A stretch of DNA of 64,000 nucleotides from Isurus oxyrinchus (Eukaryota), in the NCBI GenBank assembly GCA_026770705.1, contig JANJGN010000026.1, positions 33,108,001 to 33,172,000 of the forward strand. The letters are read 5' to 3'. Shown piece after piece: positions 12,486-25,219 of this stretch; the first letter of the stretch is position 1, and each line of letters starts with the position of its first letter. The position numbers and the translations under genes were made by a program. The notes under the pieces are model-generated. The model did not search any database and was not told the DNA's origin. It saw only the letters and a program-made list of their open reading frames with translations.

Positions 12486-14149
12486 TGATCAATGTAGCTG
12501 AGGGAAATCGATTGGGTTACTTTATGGAATTATTGCAAATTGCTATTGCGGGTAGGACTTGGATCTTGCCAGATAAATGAACAAAGACGGGCAGAAATGC
12601 AACCCTTATTCTTAATGATCATATGAACTGTAAAAATGCAGCATGGAACAATTGTACCTTGGAGTTACATGATGCTTCCATGAGATGACGGTGTTCACCT
12701 TGCTGGTTTCAGTGTGCACGGAGAACGTCATTCGGTTACTTTTTTGAATAAAACTGATTAAAGAAACGGATTCGGAAGTAAAAGCGTCATTTACAAATGG
12801 AATTCGTGTTTACTTTATAGTGATATTGTCAAATATTGAAGTATTGTCTGCGAGATATTGGAAATATATTCCATGAGACGTTCACCCAGTATCTACTTCC
12901 AGAAATGTACAGCAGGGCCGGAGGCCATTGGCTGTTTGTTTACGCGGCAGCCGGTAATTAGCAATCCAGCCGAAACTTACTTCTCAAGGTTTGATCAGTC
13001 GCCTTATAGGTTAAGACACTTGAAGGTGCATATCCTTTTTGTTAAATATTATGAAAGCTTCTGCCACTGATATCTTTTCCGGCTGTGAGTTACAGAAGCC
13101 CACTGCCCTCTAGGTGAGAAAAAATCTCCTCGTTTTCCCTTTTATAACTCCCACTTATTAACCAAAATCTATTCCCCCTTAGTTGCTGACCACACAACCA
13201 AAGAGCTTAGATCATGGTATCCAATTTTTTCAAAGTACTCATTATTTGATACGCTTCCTTTCAGTCTCCCCTTAGCCTCCTCTTTTCCGATGAAAAGAAG
13301 GCAAGACTGTCCAATATTTCCTCATAACTAATACCCTTCAGTCTAGGAAAGACCCTTATAAATGTCCTCCTAGTACAATCACATTAATACTTTTACAAAA
13401 TATCCCATTCTGTTCAAACCTGTTTGACAATCCTTATTTCAGTCAGATGGATGAGGTATCGCATTGTTGTGTTCAAATCCCTTCGGGGCCATTGTATGTC
13501 TGTATCTCCTGAAAATAGGCTGTGAATAGTTCTAATGAGAAGTGAGCAGGTTATTCAACGGGAGAAGCGAGCACTGATGCTGAAGCAACATTAACAATTT
13601 CCCTTCACTGTCCCAGATCCCCAGATTGCAGCAGTTTAGACAATTCAGATTCTCTTGTAGCTGTAAACACAATGGCATCGAATTACTGCCCAAGCGTCCT
13701 GCAATCTGTTTCTTCCAGACACTTGCATTCATCATTTAAAGACGGGTACTTCACACTGGGGGGCTGATGGCACTGAACTGGCTGTATTCAGTATGAGAAA
13801 GTGAGAAAGAACAAAAGTACAACATGTGACTCAGGGACGAGCAGATTCGCCCTCCTAAATGGTCCTCACGAATTTTTTTAACTGGCCGAGAAAGTCTCCC
13901 AACGCATTGTTGGGTGACAGAATGAATCTAATTCTAGAGTTGTTTGCATCGAGTCTCTTTCTCATTCGCACCAAAATAATTTACAGCTAAATGTGCATCG
14001 ATAATCTCCACCGGATAATAGCAATTGTTTGCATATCTATTTATAGGTCAATGTATTTGTGCATTTTTGTGTGTTTGTCTGTGTATGAGTATAAAAATGT
14101 GTATATATCGTGTCTATGTGTATCGCGAGGCTTGATATACAAGAATTTT

Positions 14150-15050
14150 CAGCAAAACCATGCAATTATTTCATGATGGTATCACTGCAATAGTCTTGAG
14201 TGGCAGAGTTAAAAAAGACACCTTGGAAATCCGGACTCGGCTCAAGCAAAGCTGTGTGATAGCGCCCTTGCTGTTTACACTCTGCCTGACAGTGTCTATT
14301 CACCTAAACAAAGATCAACGGCCCTCTGGTGGCAGTGTTAAGCACCGCTTCTGTGGAAAACTGTAACTCAGTCACCTCCGCACCAAAATTAAATTGACCA
14401 TCACATTATCAACAGTTTGAAGAGAACTGCGGTGTCATTGTGCACTATGCGGTGCGCTTACAAACCATTCTTGATTTCTTCAATTCTGCAAACAGGAGAT
14501 TCGGCCTGCCCTTGAAATTTTCCAAAACAAAACTCAAATTTCAACTCAAATCTGGCCAGTCAAGTACTCTACCTGCCATAAATGTTGAAGGGGAGAATGT
14601 GGAATAAGTGGCAGCCAGCTCTCTCAAAAGGCCACCACTGACGAGGAGATCCAACACCAGCTTCGCCTTCTGAAAACTACGACAGCGAGTGTTCACAAAA
14701 AAGACCTCTGCAAGACAACAGTGGTCCGAATGTACTGAGGAGTTGCCATCAACAGGCTCCCGTACCGCAGTGAGAACTGGGCCAGTTATCAATGAAACCT
14801 AACAGCTCGAGAGGATTTCCATCAGCAATGACTCGCCACGCCATTTGGTTTTATGGTAGGACCATTGAACAAACAGTTGTGTCCTTCTTGGAGTCAGCTC
14901 CATAAGCATTCATGAAAGACTTGTGCAAAATCAGTTACAGTGGTCTGGACACTGTGTCAGGATGGGCTAAAAGCGTCTCCACCACCAGGTTCCTTTCTCT
15001 CAAAAGAGGGTAAATAAAGCATCTCAAGGGTACCCTGAAGATCTCCTTGA
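14150..15050 (+). mobile_element. RTE-clade LINE RT fragment
   Basis: IRTRLKQSCVIAPLLF resembles the RTE motif GVKQGCVLAPTLF; decayed downstream RT. Confidence 0.7.
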
Positions 15051-15239
15051 AGTGCGGGGTAGATCTCGCACTGTACACCCAGGGATGAGCAAACTTCCTT
15101 GCCCGGGGGCCACATCTGGGTATGGAAATCGTTTGTGGACCGTAAATGCTGCTGAACAATTAAAACAAATATTGATTTTGGTACAAATAAACATTATACA
15201 TTTGCGATTAGAATTGTTAAACCATCACAGAATTTATAG

Positions 15240-15585
15240 AATTATTCAAAATCACAAGAGTCTGGAAAGGGTATATTGGGAGAAACTCCTCCCATTTGTG
15301 GAAGGATCGATAACCAAAGGAGACAGCTCTAAGATAATTTGCAGAAGAAGCAACGGCGACATGAGGAAAAACTTTTCCATGCAGCGAATGATTAGGATCT
15401 GGAATGCAGGTTGATCGGGACTTTCAAAAGGGAACTGGGTCGTTATCTGTAAAAGATTTTAAAAAAAGACACAGGTTACGGGGAAAAGACTATGAATAGG
15501 ATTGGATGAATTTATCCTCCGGGGGCCAGCAAAAGCGCGAAGGACCCAACGATCTTCTTCTGTGCTCTTCCGACTCTATGAGTCT
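15240..15585 (+). mobile_element. CR1 LINE 3' fragment
   Basis: EKLLPFVEGSITKG...RKNFSMQRMIRIWN is the CR1 RT C-terminus. Confidence 0.8.
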
Positions 15586-16601
15586 ATTACGATGCATTGC
15601 AATAATTTAACCAAACAGCCGCTTCTAACACTCTCTTGACTTCAAGTAAACAGCATAGTTTGTCACCCCTCATTACTAAGACATCAACGTATGGTTTCAG
15701 ACTTGTTCTGGAAATACACAATAAGTAATTGCGATGCTGGTGATTAGGTTGGTTCTGTAGAGCGTTTTGCTGCATTTCAGCAAAGAAAAGGTTTGTGTGC
15801 GCACATCGGTGGAGCCTAACATAACAGGGATTTTCTCTGCCACCTTGAAGATAATTGGGAGTGCAGGTTCTCTCCAGGAAGCAGAAAATCTGTCAAGTTA
15901 TTCTGGATTGTTGTTTTCCATGAAAGTTTTATCTTTATGCTGGAAAAGCTTCAGGTTGTCAGCCTTCTCTGTCACATTCTTCTGCCCTCCAGAAAGTTTG
16001 CAATGTTATGACAATAATGTGATTATGGGAAATTTATCTCTTACTTTGCCCTTGTGACAGGATGTTAAGGAAACTGGCCGACAGCCACAAAAGTTTAAAC
16101 AAATCAAAGAACAAAGTCAGAAATTAAGGTAGAGAATCCTAGTCAGTCATCTATCTGCATTACAGCCAACACAGCTTCTGATGTTCTGATCTAATCAACT
16201 ATTTTATCTGCATCCCATCTGAAAGGTGCATCTCCGGAACTGCAGTAATCCCTCAGTTCTGCACTGCAGAATCAGCCTGATTGACTGGGACTTGAAGCCA
16301 GAACCGCCTGATTTAGAGGCAACAGCGCCACCAAGTGAATCACCATTGTCGCAGGGCAAGTAGAATATAAGTTTGGGTAACTTGGATTATTCATGGTTAA
16401 TTTTTTACTATTCAGGAAACAGCGGTGTTTAAACAGGAAATGGAGGAGGAGTCAGGTTTCTGAAGGGGAAGATGGTGAACCCCAGCCTGACACTGGGTTC
16501 CAGCCTGTTTAAAAAGTGAACGGAACAGCTTCAAATTAACAATTAGGAAGCAGTGTCGGGGAGTCTTTACAAGGCTGGAGAAACTTCTACCGAAAAAGCA
16601 A

Positions 16602-16650
16602 ATGATGGTGCTCTTCCTGTACCTCTGTTTGTTTCTAGTTAGCTTTACTT
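16602..16650 (+). CDS. Leader exon of IgW-type VH
   Basis: MMVLFLYLCLFLVSFT + 1 nt, donor GTGAGT at 16651 (phase 1). Confidence 0.9.
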
Positions 16651-16770
16651 GTGAGTGCTGATCATTTATTGATCGTAGAGTCATTAATATTTTAAATATT
16701 CTGGTTTACTTTGTTGCATTTTAAAATGTCTCTTTTCACCGAGATTTGCTCCTTTATAATTTGCTCGTAG

Positions 16771-17070
16771 GTGTCCGGGCCAGCATTGTGCTAACCCAAC
16801 CGGATTCCATCTCCAAAAACATTGGTGACACTCTCCAACTGTCTTGTGCGGTGAGTGGGTACGATATCAACCAACATCATATGCACTGGATTAGAGAGGT
16901 CGCCGGGGGAGGGTTGGAATCCATACTCGCTTATAGGAAAGGGTACAACACCTCTTACACGCCTGGAGTTCAAAGTCGAATCACTTTTTCAACTGAATCT
17001 TCCACAACCTATGTTGAGTTGAATAATTTGAAAACCGAGGACACGGTCATCTATTACTGTGCGAAGCAGT
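16771..17070 (+). CDS. IgW-type heavy-chain V exon, open reading frame
   Basis: Acceptor TAG at 16768-16770; IVLTQPDS...LSCAVSGYDINQHHMHWIRE...YRKGYNTSY...RITFSTESSTTY...EDTVIYYCAK; resembles shark IgW VH from recall, not from a search. Confidence 0.9.
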
Positions 17071-17109
17071 CACGGTGAGAGAAACCAAGGCTGGACCCAG
17101 GAAAAAACA
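17071..17109 (+). promoter_or_regulatory. 23-RSS of VH
   Basis: CACGGTG, 23-nt spacer, GAAAAAACA (or 22-nt spacer, GGAAAAAAC). Confidence 0.85.
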
Positions 17110-17442
17110 GAACGAGGGGGAATCTAAACGCTCCAGGCAGAACACCTCGTTCAGAAACAATGTTCGTAATACAGTCTGACTCTGAACCTCGAGTTACCCC
17201 TTAACAAATGAATTTCAGCAAAACAATTGTTTGCTTTCTCATGTGTATTATGTATAGCAAAAATGTTTGGAGACCCAGGGGCTAACGTTTCAACAATATG
17301 CTATTGAAGGATTTTAGAAGGATTGGTGATACATTCCTATCAGTTGGAATGAATCTATCCTGAACACTTCTCATCGTTGACAGTAAAGCAAACGCTCGTG
17401 AAATGGAGTCTGAAAGTCAGGATTTGATCAGAAAGGGAATGC

Positions 17443-17517
17443 AGTATTTGTGCGGGCGTGTGTTACTGTGATACTATGGGGTGGGGCATCACATTACTAA
17501 CTGTCAATACAAAAAAC
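17443..17517 (+). other. D segment (17471-17489) flanked by 12-RSS on both sides
   Basis: AGTATTTGT-12-TACTGTG | ATACTATGGGGTGGGGCAT | CACATTA-12-ACAAAAAAC; all three frames open (ILWGGA, YYGVGH, TMGWG). Confidence 0.9.
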
Positions 17518-17845
17518 CCGACAGAACTTATAGGCTCAGTCTGGATCACTGACTGCGAGTATGAGTTCGCTTTACATGTGGTGAAGCAGTGTTGATATTG
17601 TAATCCAGAACTGAAACTCTCGCCGGGTTTAAGAGAGAGAGAGAGAGAACTGCTAGATAATTATTCAGGAATCAGTTGGTGATTGGAAGAAGCATTCAAT
17701 TTGGGCAATCAAATGAGGAAAGACTGATGTATAAACATGAAAATTAATGAAATTGTACCTTTGTAATGCTTTAGAAATCTATTGTTAGTTGTGCGATGTT
17801 ACTTTCTAAAAGAATGGCCTCTTTCCTCAATTTTATGCAGGACCC

Positions 17846-17938
17846 ATTTATTGTGTGGCCCATTGCAGGGAATGTAACACAGTGGTACTGATAGCCTTGA
17901 CTACTGGGGACAAGGTACCAAAGTTACAGTAACGGCAG
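17846..17938 (+). other. IgH-type J segment (17885-17938) with 23-RSS
   Basis: ATTTATTGT-23-CACAGTG then TDSLDYWGQGTKVTVTA, donor GTAAG at 17939 (phase 1). Confidence 0.95.
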
Positions 17939-19384
17939 GTAAGAAACATGCACTATCTTAATAATTAGGTTATATTCCTGTCTTTATCTTAAATTATGTT
18001 TTTTTTAAATTAATTACTTTGGCCATCCATTATGATTAGTAGGCTCTTTAAGTTTGAATGCAATGTTACTTGTGATTGTGCTCAAGGTGCTGTTAGAATA
18101 AAGCGACTGTTCCAGAGTAGGTGCCGGTCTGGGGTTGAACCTCTCACTAAACTGTTGATGTTATACGGACAGAATCTGACAACAGTAAACAAATGAGTTC
18201 TGTGACAGTCTATGTCTCTGGCCCTTTTCATGATATATTGATATTCTTTGAGATGATGTGATACCGTAGTATTGTGACAGAGTTGAACATTCGCGAATCT
18301 TCGCTGTGAAACACAGAACTATTTCAAATAGACCATTGCTAAGTCCGTCATTTGAAATACACTCCGAGAGCAGATCTGTTTTATGTCATGTTATTATGTT
18401 TTACAATGTGGATAATTTACCGCGAGCATCTAGTGAGAAAAGAATATTAGAATCACAGATCATTTCAATGTGATTTTATTGAAGAAAGAAAAGCATTTGC
18501 CAGTTGTGCGTAACTTTTGGAACGATACACGATATATTCATAAAAAAGCAAAATACTGTGGATGCTGGAAATCTGAACTAAAAACAGAAAATGCAGGAAC
18601 AACTCCACGTTTGGCAGCATCTATGGACAATGAAACAAAGTTAACGTTTCGAGATCGTATGGCTCTTCTTCAGAGTTCTGACTCGAAACATTAACACTGT
18701 TTCTCACTCAATTTGTTAATATTGATTAAGTTTATATTGGAAGCCCTAAATTGAACAGAGTGATGGAGTGTAGTGTGATAGCCTCTAAAACACAAAAGTT
18801 ATCAGACACAAACAGTTGCAAATTTCACATTTGTTCATCTTATTAAAATACAGCAAACATTTACAAATTTCGGAGGTGATTTAGAGAACGATTTAAATTC
18901 GTTTTTTCCTAATATGTGAAATACGCCCTGAGATAGACGGAGTTTATGCTATATCATTTTGTTCAAAAACATGTAATGTTTATAAGGGTGCAAGCAGATA
19001 GTAAGACTGCTCATTTTAAATCAATGAAGTTGAATTTGCTTCAAGTAAAATAACATTAACCAAATGTATTCATATATTGAGTGGACACTAAATTTTTAAT
19101 ATTGATAAAGTATCCTGTTAACCTAACTTGAACGGTAAAATCTCGCAAATTACCAGGCAGGAGCAGGATTGAAATTGATATTAACTAATACCTTTATAAT
19201 ACAGGATACATGAACGAATGGATATTATCTTGCACGAATATTATCTGACAATAATTCGAACTTTTTATCGCATCAAACATAAACAGCCTTCTACAATTTC
19301 ATTGTAAACTAGCCAGGATTACCATGAGTGCAAATTCTGAAGGGTTGCAGAGAATATTTAATGATATGACAGAGCCCTGGAATA

Positions 19385-21450
19385 ATAGAGTCACTGTGGG
19401 CAGGAAGGCATTCGGGGCATCGAGTGCATGCTGGACGTCTGTAGAACAAACCAGTTAGTCACACTCCAATGCTGTACCCTCATAGCCCTGGAAGTTTTGA
19501 CTTCCCTGTCGTGTCAATCTAATTTCCTTTCTCAAATCATTGATAGTGTCCACCATTGCCACCATATTTGGCAACGAATCATACCATGCGCTTCACAAAA
19601 GTCTCTTCCTCACACTGCCAGTACCTTTTTGTCAAAAACTTTACAACACGTGTCCCAAAACTCTTGAACTATTAATTAATGAAAACACCTTTTCTTTGCC
19701 TATTTCTGTGACACTTTTTATATTTTTGCACATTTTATCAAATCTCCCCTTACTCTCCTTTCCTCCAAGGACAACCCAGCTTCTCCAATATAACATTGTA
19801 GCTGAATTTCCTTAAGCCTAGAAGCATTCTGGTAAATCCCCTCTGCATCCTTTCAAGGACAGCCACAGCTTTCCTAAAGTGTGGTTACCAGAACTGGATG
19901 CAAAACTCAATTTTCTACCTCACCAGTGATTTATTAAGGATCAGCATAATTTTCCTGATTTTGTACTCAATTCCTTTATTTATGACGCCCAAGATCCAAA
20001 TGCATTGCTAAATGATCTCTCAATATGCCCAGCCACATTCAAAGGTCGATGCATATGGACCTCAGGTCCCTCTCCCATCGTGCATTCTTTAGAACGGTAC
20101 CTTTAAATCTATATTGCCCCTCCCAGGCTCTACTGCGAAAATGCATCACCTCTCAATTCTGTGTTAAATTCCATCAGAACTTGTTTACCCCTCTGCTAGC
20201 CCATCTAGTTTCTGTTGCAGCCGCTCGTATCACACTCACTGTTTGTGACACCTTAAGCCTTGGTATCATCCACATATTTTGAAACTTCATTCCGCATTCC
20301 AATGTCCAAGGCATAGAATCTCAATTTATTGCATTTGATCTGCTTTTTACTTGATCAATTTTGCTGATATGCATTATGCACCCTCTATTTTGTTTAATCG
20401 CATTTACTATCTCCCCCTCCATCCAAGGAGCAATGACTTTGGTTCTCCTACGTTTTGCTCTTATTGGAATGTAACAAGGTTGCACTGAAAATATCTTGTC
20501 CTTAAAATCATCCGTTGTTCCATTGCTGCTTTTTTTCTCAGTCTTTGGTTCTATTTTAACTAAATCCCCTCACATTACATTAAATTTAGTCCTCTTCCAA
20601 TTTAGAAGTTTTACTTTAGATTGTTACTTGCTGTTCTGTATTACTAGTCAGAACCATATGACACGATGATCACTTCTATTCATGTGTTTTCCACAGACAT
20701 TTAGCCCATGTAATCCACGTTATTCCCCAACCCAAACTCCAGTAATTCCTCCTTCCTGGTTGGGCCGGAAGCAGACTGGATAAGGAATTCGCCCTGAACA
20801 CATTTCCTAAATTCCTCCCACTCCTTATCCTTCCCTAAAACATTATTTCAATCGACATTTGGGTAATCAGAAAGTCCTAAAATAACACAAGTATTTGCAT
20901 CTCTGTGATTTCCCTACAGATTCGCTCTCCTTTTTTCTTTCTCTCTCACTCCTGCCTCTCTTTCACTCTTTCTCCCCACCACCCCACCCCCACCCCCACC
21001 CCCCACCCCCACTCTCTCCCACTCATCCCTCTCTCTCTCTCTCTCTTTCGGACTCTCCATTTGGCCAATACAATACCCTTCACAGCGTGGTCAACCCTTT
21101 TCCACTTCTCAGCTCGAACCAAATTGATTCTTCTCTTGTCGCCTCAAGGACATCCTCTCCTTCCAACACTGTAATGTCTTTCCCAGTCAACACCGCAACC
21201 CCACCTCCTCTTCGCCCTCCCCTGTCTTCGTGCTTACCATTTCTAAGCCGGATTTCCCTCATAGTTACTACATCATTGTCCAAACGGATATTTGTGATTG
21301 CAACTCACCAACTTTATTCACCAGACTCTTTGCTCTCACATACCCACATTTCAAACCTATCTTTGGATTGCCGGTCAACCATTTTAGTCCATTCTATCTG
21401 ATAGGATGCTATTTCATTCTCTATTAATATCCAACAGTCTACCTCAATTT
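19385..21450 (-). mobile_element. CR1 LINE fragments (RT 3' end and endonuclease)
   Basis: DRGGRRGGGVAVL...ESIWFELR endonuclease motif (21080-21283) and decayed RT end. Confidence 0.75.
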
Positions 21451-21554
21451 ATGTATTTTATTAACCTGTTCTCCTAAGATATGTTGATGTCCACCCGCCC
21501 TCCACCCCCGAAAATTTAGTTCAAAACATCTCCAGCAACTCTAGTGAATGTTTT

Positions 21555-23720
21555 TCTTCATTCTTTCATGTGGGCGGCGCTAGCTAGACCACCGTTAATT
21601 GCCTATTCATATTGGCCTTAAGAACCTGGTTATTAGCTGTCTCCTTGAACCGCTGCAGTCCATGTGGCCTAGATGCTCAAGCAGTGCTGTGAGAAAGACA
21701 GTTCCAAGGTTTTAACTTGGTGCCAGTGAAGGAATAGTGGTGTAGTACCAAGTCGGGATATGTGTGCCGTTTGCAGGGTAATTTGCAGGTGATGGTGTTC
21801 ACATGCATTTGCTGCCCATGTCCTTCTAGGTGGCACAGGTCACTTGTTTGGAAGGTACTGTCGAAGGAGCCTTAGTGAGTTGCTGCTGGTCATAATTTAG
21901 ATGATACACGCTGCTGCCACTATGCGTTAGTGGTGGAGGGAGTGACTGCTAAAGGTAGTGGATAGAGGGCAGGGGTCGCAGTCAAGCGGGCTGCTTTTTC
22001 CTGGACGGTGTCGAGCTTCTTGAGTGTTTTATGGGCTGTACTCGCCCAGGCGAGTGGACAGCTTGCCATCACACTCCTGACTTATGTCTTGTAGATGGTG
22101 GACAGGATTTGTACAATCAGATATTAAGTACCTCGCTACCGAATTCCCAGCCTTTGAACTGCCTTTGTCGCCAAAGCACTGCTATGCATTGTCCACTTCT
22201 GTTTTGGGGAAATGACTATCCCAAAGATGTTGATAGTGGAGGATTCAGCGGTGGTAATGCCATTGAATGTCAAGGGGAGATGTTTGGATAAGCTTTTGTT
22301 GGATATGTTCGTTGCTTGGCAATTGTGTGGCGAGAATGGTATTTGTCACTTATAAGATCAAGCCAGAATGTTGTTCTTGTCTTGCTGCAGCAGTTGGACA
22401 TGTACATGCTGCAGTGTCTGAGGAGTCACGGGTGGTGTTGAACATTGTGCAATCATCAGCAAACATCCCCACCTTATAATAGAGGGCGGCTCATTGATGA
22501 TGCAGCTGAAGATAGTTGGGCCTAGGCCACTACCCCGAGGAACTCCTGCAGTGATGTCCTGCGACTGAGATGGATGACCTTCAAAAGCAATCATCTTCAT
22601 TTGTGCTAGGCATAGCTCCAGTCAGTAGAAAGTTTTCTCCTGATTCCCATTGACTCCACTTTTGCTACGGCTCCCTGATGACCTAGTCAGTCAAAAGCTG
22701 CCTTGTCGTCAAGAGCCGTCATTCTCACTTCACATCTTCCTTTCTGCTATTTTGTCCTTGTTTGAACTAAAGCTGTAATAAGGCCAGGAGCTGAGTGGCC
22801 ATGAAGGACCTCAAACTGAGCGCCAATGAACAGGTTATTGCTGAGTTACTGACGCTTGATAGCACTGTCAATGACACTTTCCAACGGTCTGCTAATGATC
22901 GAGAGCAGACTGATGGTTCAGTAATTGACCTGGTTGGATTTGTCCTGCTTTTTCCGCACAAGACACACTGGGAAATGTTCCACATTGCCGGATAGATGTC
23001 ACTTGTAACTGTGCTGGAACGGCTCGGCTAGCGGTCTGGCTCATCCTGGAGCACTGCTTTTGCAGTATGCAGTGCCTTCAGCCGTTTCTTGATATCACGT
23101 GTTTTGAATCGAATTGGCTGAAGACTGGCAACTGTTGTGCTGGATACCTCAGGACCAGGCCGAGATGGATTACCCACTCGGCACTTCTGGAGTAAGGTTG
23201 TTGTAAATGCTTCAGCCTTGCATTTTGCACTGATGTGCTGGGCTGCTCCATCATTGAGGATGGGGATATTTGTGGAGTCTCCTCCCCATATTCATTGTTG
23301 AATTGTCTATCGCCAGTCACGGCTGGAAGTAGCAGGATTGAAGAGCTTTGAGCTGATCCATTGGTTGTGGGATTGCTTGGCTTTATCTATAGCATATTGA
23401 TTCCGCTCATTGACACACAAGTAGTCTTGTGTTGTAGCTTCACCAGGGTGACGCCTTATTTTTAGGTATGCCTGGTGCTACTCTTGGATTGCCCTCCTGC
23501 ACTCTTCATTGAACGAGGGTTTATGCCCCGGTTTGAAGGTAATGGTGGAGTGAGAGATGTACCAGGCCATGAGGTTACAAATTGTGATTGTGTACATTTG
23601 TGCTGCTTCTGATGGCCCAGTGCCTCAAGGTTGCACGTCTTGAGTTGCTTGATCTGTTTGCAATCTATCCCAATGAGAGCGGTGGTAGTGGCACACAACA
23701 CGGTGGAGGTGTCTTCAATG
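21555..23720 (-). mobile_element. CR1-group LINE, decayed
   Basis: ITAGVPRGSGLGPTIFSCIIN RT motif (22358-22600) with characteristic 3' tail near 21560-21700. Confidence 0.8.
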
Positions 23721-24610
23721 TGAACACGTGTGCATTAAGTTAAAACGTGAATTAATTGAGAAAACATTTCCCTTGGAAGGCGTCCGAGTTTATAACCTGT
23801 GACTCCAGATTTTAATGCATTAACTTTCTGTTATTTCCCTTGATAGTTTTAGAGGTTACATTTTTGAAATTATTTCATGCAAGGTGAGTATCACTGGCAA
23901 GGCCAGCATTTGCTGCCCACCCCAAATTGCCTTGGATTGAATTCTGTCCCCTACTATTTCAGATGGCAGTTAAGAGTCACCCACATTTCTGTGGGTCTGG
24001 AGTCACATGTAGACAAGACCAGATCAGGATGGCAGATTCGCTTCCCTAACGGATATTAATAAACCAGATGGCTCTTTATGACAATCGATGGTAGTTTCAT
24101 GGTCACCATGACTGAGGCTAGCTTTCAATAGTTGAATTAATTCCACCATCGCCGTGGTGGGATTTGAATCTTTGTTCCCAGTGTATTACCATGGGCCTCT
24201 GGATTACTACTCCAGTGCCACTAAACCCCCGTCTCATCCTAAAATTGTTTAATTATTGAAATATTTAATTACATTATGATAAGCCAGTGGGCAATCTGCT
24301 TACAATGTAAAGGTTTCCTAATTTGCTAACTTCTTCCACCTCAGAAAGCCCCTCTTCCAGACAGCAATCCCGCTGGCTGTGAATTACCGGATACAATTCT
24401 TTTTTATAGAAACCAGATCTTACTCGGTTTGCAGTATTATCTAAAGGGAAGGAAACGTTATTCGACGTCGAAGGGAGGTTTTTAAATGAACAGCAGCTTA
24501 ATTTAAGTGCTTGCAAACTTAATATTGTCGGAAATTTACCATTACTCAATTAAGATAAATTACCTTGTTTAATTTGACAAACAATAGAGATTTATCTGCC
24601 GAGAGCCAGA

Positions 24611-25020
24611 TTGTTGCACCGTTGGTATCTGTTTCTGTGTGTCTGCTCTGTGTGCGGATCAGGAATCCACCCGGCTGGTTATAAACCTCTTAGCTCATTC
24701 TCGTGTATTTCAGATAGTGCAGTTCGACACATTGATTCAAGAAGGTTGTATTTCATAGAAAGGTTAAAGCTTGACATAAAGCTTAAGAAGGCGCCTCACA
24801 AGCAAGATCAGTAATCTAGTGTCTGATAGATAGAAGGAACAACTTAGAAGCACTACATAAAAGGCATGGAAGAATCTCTAATCTGTTCAGAACCAATGCT
24901 GTTTCTGACCCACCGTCCCTTGGTGGGCCAGCTTAATGGAAAGCATTAAAGACTAGGGGGAGCTTAATGATCTCCAGCCAATCTTTTCTAAAGTTGACAT
25001 TACAGCGTATGAGAGAACAT
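24611..25020 (+). pseudogene. Possible heavily decayed leader + V gene
   Basis: Leader-like LHRWYLFLCVCSVCGS with non-GT donor, acceptor TTTCAG at 24713; V motifs barely recognisable. Confidence 0.3.
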
Positions 25021-25219
25021 TGTTAATTGGGCGTTACCCTGTCATCTGTCTTGTGTATCGAGGCAAACGCAGTGTTCAAGCAATGTTAATGTGCATCGAC
25101 GTAATAAGGTTGAAGACCTCGAGTCAGCAATATAATATAAATGGTTTCATCTCTCGTAAGAAATAACCAAACGTTAATGAGTTTAAACTTCCATCAAAGA
25201 CTGTCATTTTTAAATGAAG

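Noticed and set aside
12096-12501. Cys/Val- and His/Thr-rich ORFs
   Set aside because: Translations of a (CA)n microsatellite
17110-17440. Second D segment expected in a standard IgW cluster
   Set aside because: No heptamer/nonamer pair found by eye
24320-24550. Acceptor followed by ESPSS, considered as IgW CH1 or a V relic
   Set aside because: Stops follow quickly and no Cys/Trp framework is recoverable
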